Shown here one piece after another: positions 1 through 9,927 of a DNA stretch of 38,786 nucleotides. Made by a program: the position numbers and the translations under genes. How positions within the stretch are numbered: position 1 is the first letter of the stretch; each line of letters starts with the position of its first letter. The notes beneath the pieces are model-generated. The model did not search any database. It worked only from the letters and a program-made list of their open reading frames with translations, and had not been told where the DNA came from. Source of the DNA: Folioceros fuciformis (Eukaryota); the NCBI GenBank assembly GCA_049999805.1, contig JBNGIO010006356.1, forward strand, positions 577,273 to 616,058. Direction: 5' to 3'.

Positions 1-516
1 CTCCCCCCTCTATCCCACCTCTTTTATATATCATGTAAGTGTACTAGAAAGTCCGATTTTCTCCACTCGCCATTTCCGGTCTCCATTGGAAACAGCCAAG
101 AAGGGCCATGAGCTGAAATGAGATCAACTTATGAGCGAGTACGAAACGCCGGAGAAAACTACGCGTGTCGTATCGAGAGGAGAATTGGAAACCGTGTCCT
201 CGTGACTCTGATCGTGTCCTCGTGACTCTGACCGTGTCCTCGTGACTCTCATGTCGAAGCATCCGGGAAAGAGAGCTCTGGAGAGTCCGAGTCTCCGTTC
301 GAAACAAACACGAAGAGCCATGAGGTGAAACGAAGTTAATGATGAGGAAGAACGAAACTTCAAGAGAAAACTTGGAAACGAAGATAATCTTCTCTCCAGT
401 CATGTACATTTGTAGAAGGTTTCAACTTGTCAATCTGTACTAATTTTCCTTCTCAGATTCCGGCTTCGTGTAATCCAACGAGGCTCCTAAGTATGATCCC
501 GCTGCGTGTTGTCACA
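1..516 (+). mobile_element. Probable LTR (3' or solo) of an LTR retrotransposon, truncated by the window start
   Basis: Non-coding stretch ending in ...CCCGCTGCGTGTTGTCACA (516), which resembles an LTR terminus. It contains an internal 20-bp tandem repeat and a TATA-like TTTTATATAT (22-31). No TGG primer-binding site follows, and no TSD or partner LTR is visible. Confidence 0.3.
191..250. repeat. 3 x 20-bp tandem repeat (ACCGTGTCCTCGTGACTCTG)
   Basis: Three adjacent copies at 191, 211 and 231; copies 2 and 3 each have one mismatch. Confidence 0.95.
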
Positions 517-545
517 TTCTAATTATGCGGCCTTTGTTGAAGGTC

Positions 546-1778
546 TCAGCAATTAGACACCCTGAATCGAAGTCTGGTTATGCCCCTCTCTATGGCGGTC
601 ATCCAGGAGACTAGATCTTCACCATCGTGAAGACCGTCGCCACCGCTACTACTGCTGCTATTAGCCCCAGGAGCAGGGGGTTTCGGAGAGTCGGGCACCC
701 GAGCCCGACAGTAGGGGCACTGGCCATGGCTCTCCAGCCAGGGAGTGAGGCAATCAGGATGGAACCTGTGGGTGCAGGGGAGATTCAGCAGCACATGCCC
801 TGCGGCGAAAGATTCCAAGCACACGGGGCACACCTCTTGCTCGCACACTCCGCCTCCCCCAGCCCTGACACGTTTCTTAGTCTTAGCACAGAAGAGCTCT
901 CGCGGCAGAGCAGCAATGGACTCCTTACTGATCCCCTTGGGCCGATCCGGCCTCCCATTGCTCCGAATGTCCTGACGGAAACGATCAACCCCCGCCCCGC
1001 CCGCCGGAGCCCAGGCCGCCAACCATTCCCTCATGCTCGTCTCCCAGGCCTCCTCATCGCTGTTGGAGCTCTCATCGTCCTCCACTTCAGACTCGAGGGA
1101 GAAGTCGGCCTGCGCATGTGCATGCCCTGGCAGCGACGTCCTCGACCGGCTGCTGCGCGGCGGTGCTCCAACAGCCGCCGCCCTGAGCCGCTCGTCCAGC
1201 CTGTCCCTCGCCTCCAAAGCCTCCTGCCGAGACGTGCCCGCGGACGAGGTGCGGTGCATCCAGCTGGGAAGCCTGAAGGGGGTCCGAAGCGACTCCGCCC
1301 TGCTGGTGGAGGCCATGCTGCCGCTGCCCGCGGCCGAATGAGATGAGGGGCCAGCTCGCCGGTCGTGACCCACTGCCTGCACGTGAACCAAGAAAGGATG
1401 TAACGCCCGCACCTTGCAACATCATGCCGACCCTCCGAGGAGATGAAAAGAATCACGTCGAAGAGAGGGACGGCATCATGACGGGGAGGTGAAAGGCAAC
1501 GCAGTGATGAGAAGGTGACCTACCTCGTCCATGTGCAGCGACGATCGCGCGGCTCCACGACCCCGGTACTCGCTGGCGGGTTGGTGGTAATGGTGATGGT
1601 GATGGTGGTAATGGTGGTGATGGTGGTGGTGGTGGTGGTGATGATGGGCCACAGTGGAACCAGGTCGGGCACGGCTGGGCCTCCCATCCACCAGCCCCGC
1701 GTTGGCGCCGGACGGCTCAGTTTCCCGGCCGATGGAGTGCACGCGACGGCGCCTCGCGAACTCCACGCCCGGCAGCAT
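546..1778 (-). CDS. RING-H2 E3 ubiquitin ligase, RHY1A-like; exons 1778-1524 and 1376-546
   Basis: N-terminal MLPGVEFARRRRVH motif, LEARDRLDERLR helix, and RING-H2 CPVC-x14-CTHRFHPDC-x10-CPYC. A GT..AG intron at 1523-1377 joins both ORFs in frame (MDE|AVG). Confidence 0.9.
1584..1646 (-). repeat. Coding CAC/CAT trinucleotide tract (H12-Y-H6-Y-H)
   Basis: Read directly; lies within exon 1 of the RING gene. Confidence 0.95.
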
Positions 1779-2904
1779 GCTGGAACTCCCCTCTCCCGGG
1801 GGCCCAAAGCTCGCCTGATGCCCTCTCACTGGCCATCTCCCGGGACCTGCATCCGCACGCCATCACCGCCACGGTTAGAACCGCGAATTAGGCAACCGAC
1901 CATGCATATGCCACTGCCGCACCAGATCCGAGCTGGGGCCGCTTGCCTGAGGAGCGCGAATTCCCGTCCCACCGCGAGCTCCTGGAGCGCACATCCGGGC
2001 CATTTCGAGCAGTCCGCGAGAGCGCGGTGCGGGAGTGCGAGTAGGACGCGGGGGAAGAAGTAGGAGCAGAGGGGGAGGGATCCCGGGGTTCAGATGGCCC
2101 TTGCAATCGCACTGGGAAGATGTGCCAAGGGTGGAGCGCACCAGAGGAGGGGCCGCTGGACCTGGCAGTGTGCGGGAATTGAGAGCGTTCGGGCATCGAA
2201 TCCGCTCGCGACATGTTACCCTGGCAGCTTCCCCTAGACGCAGACGTTGGCGATGGCGATGGCAGATGCGTGAGGCGGGGTCCCCACCAGCCGGTCACCT
2301 TGGCGCTCCACTTTACAGGGTAGGTGACCACGGGGGCCTGAAGATGCTGCCTGTCGCACAAGCTCCGATTGCCGGCGTCCTTGGCTCCTGCGCCCGACAG
2401 CCTGCGGACCGCGAATTTGCAGGCTTGCAAAGATGAGGGAGGAATGTGTGAAACGCGCGCGGGATCAGAAGAGACGCCGCCGTTTGACCAGATAATTACG
2501 ATGCTATCACCCGCTGCCATATCCGGCCGCCCGTGATTTTCTCCTCGGAAACGTGAAATGGCGGTTCACCCATAAAACCTGGCCCATTTGGCGCTTCCGG
2601 TATGCCCACTCCACCCGCGTGATGCTCTGTTGCCCTCTTGTACGTACGAGGATATGTACATAACATGGCTGTGCACCGCGCAATACCTCACATGATGCCG
2701 GCACAGTTGTCAGGGCCAGCGGCCTCCACAACGTAGATATCAACTGTTACGATACAAACCTGCTAGTAGATGCGCGCGATCGTTTTTCTAGCTAAGTGCA
2801 ACCGCCTTAAGTCCCCTTACATCAAATAAGTGATGGGAAGAAGTCTATCTAGTTGAAGACAAAGGAAAAAGTCTAATCTAACTAGGACAATTTGTAGAAG
2901 TTTC

Positions 2905-3612
2905 AATATAAGAAACAATGGCCTATCTAGGATCTAGCTCCGACCCCATGAGCTAGCTTGAAACGAAACCCATTCAACACCCAATGAGCTAAACACCCCA
3001 TGGGCTAAAGCTTGGGACCTAAGAAACAATGGGACAAAGCCTATCTAGGAGGACCCCATTCAACACCCAATGAGCTAAACACCCCATGGGCTAAAGCTTG
3101 GGACCTAAGAAACAATGGGACAAAGCCTATCTAGAAGGACCCCATGAGCTAAAGCCTGAAACGAAACCCATTCAACACCCCATGGGCTAAAGCCTGGGAC
3201 CTAAGAAACAAACCCATTCAACACCCCATGGGCTAAAGCCTAGGACCTAAGAAACAATGGGACAAAGCCTATCTAGGATCTAGCTCCATTCAACACCCCA
3301 TGGGCTAAAGCCTGGAACCTAAGAACCAATGGGACAAAGCCTATCTAGGATCTAGCTCCGACCCCATGAGCTAAAGCCTGAAACGAAACCCATTCAACAC
3401 CCATGGGCTAAAGCCTAGGACCCATCCAACACGCCATGGCCTCAAGCATGAAATGAAGCCCATACAACACCCCATAGGCTATAGCGTGAAACTCATCCAA
3501 CGAAACCCATTCAACACCCCATGGGCTAAAGCGTGGGACCCATCCAACACGCCATGGCCTCAAGCATGAAATGAGGCCCATACAACACCCCATAGGCTAT
3601 AGCGTGAAAGCC
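2905..3612. repeat. Modular tandem repeat array (CCATTCAACACCC / ATGGGCTAAAGCC / GACCTAAGAAACAATGGGACAAAGCCTATCTAGGA modules)
   Basis: About 7 copies of CCATTCAACACCC and 5 of CCTATCTAG in varying order. A ~70-bp block is duplicated at ~3420 and ~3539. Confidence 0.95.
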
Positions 3613-3639
3613 CAACCCCCATCAGATGAAGCCCAAAGC

Positions 3640-3900
3640 CCATCTAAGCAGCTTACCTAGATGAGTATTTAAGCTCCTTAAAAAGGACCCAATGCCTAGG
3701 GTGAAAAGAAGCAAATCTATGTTCCTTACCTAGACGAGCATTTAAGCTCCTTACACAGACAAGCATTTAATTGGCTTACCTCAAGAACATCTAAGCTCTA
3801 TACATAAGAAGCATCTAGTTCCTTGCCTAATTTAAGCATCTAAACTATTTATCTAAAGGTTATCTAAGCTTCGAACATAAGGAGTATTTATCAAGCTCCT
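3640..3900. repeat. Degenerate ~20-bp repeat (AAGCATCTAAGCTCCTTAC-like)
   Basis: Recurrent GCAT(C/T)TAAGCTC variants through the interval. Confidence 0.6.
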
Positions 3901-4349
3901 TGAGTAAAGATGACTAGAGCTACTACAACATCATAAGTGGGAAAAACAAGGGGCTTGCAAACCACAAAGTAAGAGGGAGGAATGTCAAAACAAGTGGTGT
4001 CTTGTAGTCACTAGACCAGTTATGGGGCATACATCCATCTAGCCATGCATGTCATAAAACTCTAAACCTTATCTACACCTCTTGGTCTTCCTCATCTATA
4101 ACACTTCAGCTAAGCGACTTGCAAAAAGAGTGCACCCCTCACTCTCTCTTAAGCCATGTAACTACTTCCAGAACAATGTCAAGTCGTAATCTTCCTAATT
4201 CGTAAGAGTTTAACTGAGCCACTTGCATAAAGGCTGGGAGAGTGTAAAGATAGAATAGCATCACTTCATTCTTACTAAATGGATAAGAAATAAGGTAGGT
4301 TGCAAGGGTGTGTTGAAATGCCAAAAAATTAGCAAAGGGTTTAAGATCC

Positions 4350-5010
4350 GTGACATGTATTGCAATGTTAGACCTCAATACATATGAGTATTGTTTACTT
4401 GCATATAGTGCGACAATAGACCATTGCACACAAGTGATCTTGCAAGTAATATTGAGTTCAAGATTTAAAATGTTAAAATCAAATTCAAAGACTTTGGTTG
4501 CTTTGTTTTGTGCTCAAAATTGTATTGTCATTGAAGCTAACCTTTGATATGCATTGCACATTCTACAACAGATTCATGGATTTAAGGTTTTACTAGATGC
4601 ACTAGAAGAGCTCTCCTTCGACCCTCATCATCGAAGTACAACCTAATTGAGGGCCAAGGAGATAAAAATGTATACGCAAGCAAAATTGTCTCAAAGCTTA
4701 AGTTTTTTCTTTGAGTGCTAGAAGGATGAAGACAAAAATTGGAAAAATCTTAGAAAAAGGTCAACAACTGGTTAACAACTTCTATTAACCTTCAAATGGA
4801 AAAACATGGCAAAAACCATGTGGATAAGGACGAATGCTCCATTAGATATATACAACTTTGACGACAATGAAGCAACTCCCATGTGTAATATAGCCTTAGT
4901 TTAGACTATGAGGCAACCATACTTCTAGAAGACTATAAAGTAATCCCTTGTAATGTGGATTTCTAGAATTTGAACAGTGCCTTCATGGATTGTGGCTTTC
5001 TTCTTGTATA
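4350..5010 (+). pseudogene. Possible decayed Ulp1/C48-type cysteine protease fragment inside the insertion
   Basis: Ordered motif-like pieces: LDLNTYEYCLLAYSATIDHCTQVIL (His 4422), VLLDAL (Asp 4596) and MDCGFLLV (Cys 4991). Stops or possible introns lie between them. Confidence 0.3.
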
Positions 5011-5946
5011 AGTTTTCTGTAAAATATGACATAAGAAACATGATGCACAGAGGTTAAAGCTGAAAAAGATGTGAAAACCTAATCTACAGCTATAAACATG
5101 CACGTGTGCATGTTACATGCCACCTTGAGAAATAAGCATACGTTGCATATTCCATGTAGAAACTCTTGAGAAGAGTGGAGTTGTAGTGTAATTGTGGAGT
5201 TGCAATGGACTAGTACTTTGTGGGAGTGGTGTGCATAGTTTTCAACTTTAGCAATTATCTAGTTTTAAGATATAAAATGCTAGGGTGGAGGATTTAGGAC
5301 ACATTCATTTGCTTGGGAAGACGCTCAATTGGCATCCTACTAAGGAGAGATAGTGATGAAGAGCTGGGAGAACAAGCCTCGTAGCAAGAGTCAAGGGTGG
5401 TAGCCAACTAGACCCTTTATTCCACAAGTAGAGTGGCAAAACTTCTATGAAGTAAATAGAGCATTAGACCCTATGAAATGAAAGATTGAAAGGAGTGAAA
5501 AGGTGGTATGAATTGAGCATTAGATCCTATGAAGTGAAAGTGGAAGACTCTGATAAGGAGTGAAATGGGAGAGTAGACCCAGGAGTGAGCAGACATAGCA
5601 TCGGGACTGGATGTCTAGACGTCGAGACTCGTGGAAAGTGACTAGGGAGTGAGTACACGTCAGACTCATGGAGAGTAAATAAACGCCAGACTCATGGGGA
5701 TTAGATATTAGACTCCTGGTCGTTACCCTCCTGGGTAGTGAATAGCCTGTCATTGAGTAAGGGACGTTAATTTACCATCGATATCTCAAGTCCGCAATAA
5801 GCCAAACGTTTGCTCATCTGGGCAAAACTGCCCCCAGCCAGGGTAACCTCCCGGGACCGAGAAAGGCGAGGGAAAATAGAATCCATGAATCCACGCCGGT
5901 AGTGTCCTCATGGGTAGGAAATGGAGCCAAAAACGGTTTCGGTGGC

Positions 5947-8742
5947 TCACACCTGGTGATTAGTAGTAGCTAGGAGAGCTTCCGTGTCTACTGGAAGTTC
6001 TAAACTTTTGGCGGTCATCCTTATGTTCTCAGCCTCAACTCTGAAAAAAATCCACTGAAAGCGACGGAGCATTTCCAAGCCAGAAAACAAAACTGTCCTG
6101 AACATATGATCCAAATGAGCAGAATGCTTGTACGTCCATGAGATGCGAAGCAAAAGGTTGCTCCCAATAGCCCAGTAGTAAACCTGCCCATGTCGCAAGG
6201 GTTAGTGTCAACCAATACCGTCACTAAGGCTCAGAAATGTCAGCTGCAGCAAGTGATCACTCAGACACGTCTCTCACCCATCGCCTGTTGTACAGTAGGG
6301 TCGGTCGCAAAGGAGAGTACTTTGACTTCCACTTGCCAGAAAAGAACAACCTACCCGTGAAACAGCCGACCGGATGGACATGAGCAAATATACTTTATCC
6401 AGGCAAACGTAATGGTTAACAGACAAGAAGGGGAGCACTTACTCAAGGTCCCAATCACGAGTCATGTCCCAATAGAATGAATAGCAAGAGTTGATTGCAG
6501 CGAAGATTATCCAGAGAGGCTTGTAGGTTCCTTCCCACAAATCAGGGAACTGGTAATGTGCCGCAGACAAAAATATCACGGGAAATGCCGTTGCGTACTT
6601 CAACGCTGGTCAGGCAACGAATAGAAGTCAGGAGAAGCGAAGCCGCTCGTGGTTCGAAGCACCACACCACATCATTTGCATGTGGAGCTTACCATTAAAA
6701 AGGCAGTTTTTCTCTTTGGTGTCGCTGTATTGCCTTACACACTGCAAAAGTCTGCACAGATATGGGACAGCTAGAATGACTGGCACCCACAATGAGTCTG
6801 CACCACACGTCTCATTGAGGCTCTTGGCCAATAGCATGTCAAACTTCGAAGTAGTCTGCAGATCAAAAGAGTCACAGTTATACAGCGGACACTCTTACCT
6901 GCACACAGTCCTACCAGCGTCATTTTAAATGTGACAGCTATCTGTAAGAAGTGTTGAGACAAGAGTCCAAATCTAACCGGGTAATTGGCCATTCTGCAAA
7001 GTGATCGTTCAAAAGCTGATACCACCTGAAAATGAGGACCAATTCACATTCACATACGACAACTTTTGAAGCCGCGATACTGCAAAGGAAAACAGAGCTG
7101 CTCATTTGCCCTGATGGCCAGCCATAAGGCGCGATTATGCCGCTGAAATACCTTGGCCATTGAAGTAAGCACATCAGCTAAGAAGAAGTCCGCAAATGTA
7201 ATGGGCTGCAAATGTCAAATACGTCCATTAGTTGACAATCTTCATAAAACCTTTCCTGGACAGCCACACAAGATATTACAACCCAGCCTAACGTATGAGA
7301 AGAACTGAGTGTAGCTAACAAGCCTTTCACAACGGGCCCTTCCCTCCTACCTGCAAGGGTAGACACATTCTCCAAATGGTGCTCAAGAAGTAAAGGCGTG
7401 ATGACACGAAAAAGACATCCAGCGGCAATGCTATGATCAATAGCAGCAGCGAGTAGAGGATTATCTGTCATCGACAATCAGAAGGTAGCGTGGAATTTAA
7501 ACCAGAGTATTCACGAAGTGTTAGTCCAGAACAAAAGGCGTTCCAATATCCACGTGGAATTCTCCCTAGACAAATCTCGCGATGCTCAAGGGCAAATAAC
7601 TGCTTTGTAAGGTTCTCGGACACGTACTGGCTGCATAATTGCAATCTTTTGCAAGCCTTCGTAGGAGAAAAAATACAAATATGATGTCAAACTGGTCACT
7701 GTGATTGCCACAAGAGCACCTGCAATCTGCAGAGAGACAACCCAAGTCACTGTACGGCATACATAATACCGCCCCTCAAATAGCACATGCAAGACGTTTC
7801 TAGTAACTTTGCGACAGGTCCACAGCTGCAGGTGGACGATTAGATGTCATGCATACCTTCCATATATCCCAATGGTTCAAATGGTTGTGGTCAAGATCAA
7901 ACACCCTTGGATAGTTCACCCGTGAATTTAGAAATACACGTACATTGATACCCCACAAAAACACCATCAATGCCTGTAGGCCCGCCAAAGAGGGTGTCTC
8001 GTCAGAGTATGCACATAAACTGATTTGACAACCAATTTCAAAGAAACACATCCTTACCACCATGAACACAGGAGTGTAGAACAAAAAAGCTTCGTGGGAA
8101 AAACTATGAAGAGTGCTGGGACTCATCCGGTATATGGAATGCATGGCAATCTGCAAACAGATGAAACAATTAACCTGTGGCATGAGCAAAAGGTTCTCGA
8201 ACGCCCGAAAGCGAATATTACTCCTGCTAGTATAACACCGAACCACCCTCAGTTTGAAATGACCAGATCAGCAAGGACTTACCTTGCCACAAAGCAAAAT
8301 CCATGTCATCCACAAAAACCCCTGGAAGTGAAGAAGGAACAGCTTTACAGTCCGGCAAAGGATTATGCCAACCGGCAAACTGAAGCACCCCTTGGTGTTT
8401 GTCACAGCAGAATACCAACCTGTAGTCCGCAGAACTTCCTGCTAGAGAGTGGTGGAACAGCTGCAAGGCCTGCTGCTTTTGGTGACTCGTCAAGCTTCAT
8501 GATGGACTGGTCCAAACCTCCTATCGTAGAATCATTTTCCTCAAGCCCAAAAGCTGCAACCACCGGTGGCGGCATCGCATGTGACCGATTCCAATTATTA
8601 AACCGATACTCACTTGCATGCCGGTGGACAAATCCCATATCCAGACAAAATTTTGTGTACCGAAGTCAATAGTTGCCCGGCTACCACTGCGTCGTAGAAG
8701 TGGATTCTTCACTGGGGTGGGGATGAGGGGAAGTGACGCCAT
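5947..8742 (-). CDS. EXS (ERD1/XPR1/SYG1) family membrane protein lacking SPX, multi-exon
   Basis: The spliced reading gives NPLLRRSGSR, HEAFLFYTP, LWGINVRVF..RVNYPRVFDLD, ITFADFFLADVLTSMAKV, PYLCRLLQCVRQYSDT, FNALKY, WDMTRDWDL and LEMLRRFQWIFFRVEAE. All traced introns are GT-AG. Confidence 0.93.
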
Positions 8743-9927
8743 TGACTGGCAAACATACTATCCCGCAGCAGCATCGTTTTCTACACACCTGACTCCACCC
8801 CCCTGAAGAGCCAGTGATTCGATATCCGACGCTCACCTGCGTAGAGCACCATACTTTTAGACATCTTGACATCAATACCCGGGATTCAGAGACCCAGCTT
8901 CCTGCCCTGCATTCAACCATAGCACTATGCTCACGGTCCAAACCACGAGCAACGGCCAGTATGTCGGAACCGCTGAACAAGAAGGATGGGGAAGGGCACG
9001 AGGAGAAGATCACAGACCCCGAAGAGTTTCCACAATAAACAATCAACAGGCCAAGAACTGCACCACAGAAGCTTGGATTGCCCTGCCACAGGTGCTCGAA
9101 TCTCAGTTGCTGGACATCCATTCTTGGCCGTTGAGCAATTAAAAGAATCGATACGAGACTGAGCACAGGGCACCCCAGAGCGGCATGCCAGAAATCGAAG
9201 CCAAGAAGTCCCGCTACCTTCGTCAAGGCGACGCAGAGAAGCTGTACAGGAGCAACAGTGAGGCCATCTCCATCCAGCCAGACAGCCGGATCAGGCTCAA
9301 AAGTGCTCGTTAATTCCGTTCCCGAACATGAAATCGACCACCGCCACTTGTGGCGGGCAGCGACTCCTGGTGAGCCTTTCCAGCACAAAACGCATCGAGT
9401 TACCAGCCACTTGTTCTGTGAGGCTAGAAACTCAGGCAAGACGGACGCAGTGCAGCAACGTCGGGAGGGGACGAAAGGGAAAGCAGCGACACGAGGAAAA
9501 GCATGTCGATCCCCTACAGGCCTGGCACACGAGGGGCACGAGCCCGCCCACACTTGCCAAACGAAAAGAACGCATATGAACGCGGAGGTGAATATGGCAT
9601 GGTGACGACGAAGGGCCAGGATGATGACTGACACGAACTAGGTGATGGTTTAACGAAAGGAACGCATATGGATGAAATGTCCATGGAACGGTGAAGATGC
9701 AAGGTTAGGATGGACACACTCGAACGGACGCTGGCAAGTAATCAAGATGATGGGACAATAGCTGCAGCAAATACTTGTATGTGCTCGTATTAACCGGCCT
9801 GTAACAGAATCTGCAGTCGTATTAGACACAGCAATGATCTTAACACTCTTGTGCTGGAGCTGCAGAGCGTAGGGCTGGACTTGGCAACACGTGCAACGGG
9901 TAGCAAGAATTGGCTCACCACTGTCTC

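Larger units (their letters stand above)
2811..5766. mobile_element. Putative non-autonomous DNA transposon insertion (~2.96 kb) flanked by TTAA
   Basis: Abrupt AT-rich block. TTAA occurs at 2807-2810 and 5767-5770. The left end GTCCCCTTACATCAA resembles the reverse complement of the right end, CGTCCCTTACTCAA. Subterminal tandem arrays are present; no intact ORF. Confidence 0.5.

Noticed and set aside
1..20. Minus-strand polypurine tract (AGGTGGGATAGAGGGGGGAG) as a retroelement PPT
   Set aside because: It cannot be evaluated at the window edge, and it conflicts with the plus-oriented LTR-end reading.
1875..2743. GC-rich ORFs upstream of the RING gene
   Set aside because: Multiple overlapping ORFs on both strands with no motifs; typical of GC-rich UTR or promoter sequence.
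2905..3612. CRISPR-like array
   Set aside because: The intervening sequences are themselves repeated modules rather than unique spacers. There are no cas genes and the context is eukaryotic.
5094..5113. Short hairpin AACATGCAC-GT-GTGCATGTT as a Helitron 3' end
   Set aside because: No CTRR terminus at the expected distance, and AT-rich sequence continues beyond it.
8681..9634. 317-aa minus-strand ORF
   Set aside because: It has no recognisable domain, overlaps EXS exon 1 out of frame, and lies in the likely 5' UTR/promoter of the EXS gene.
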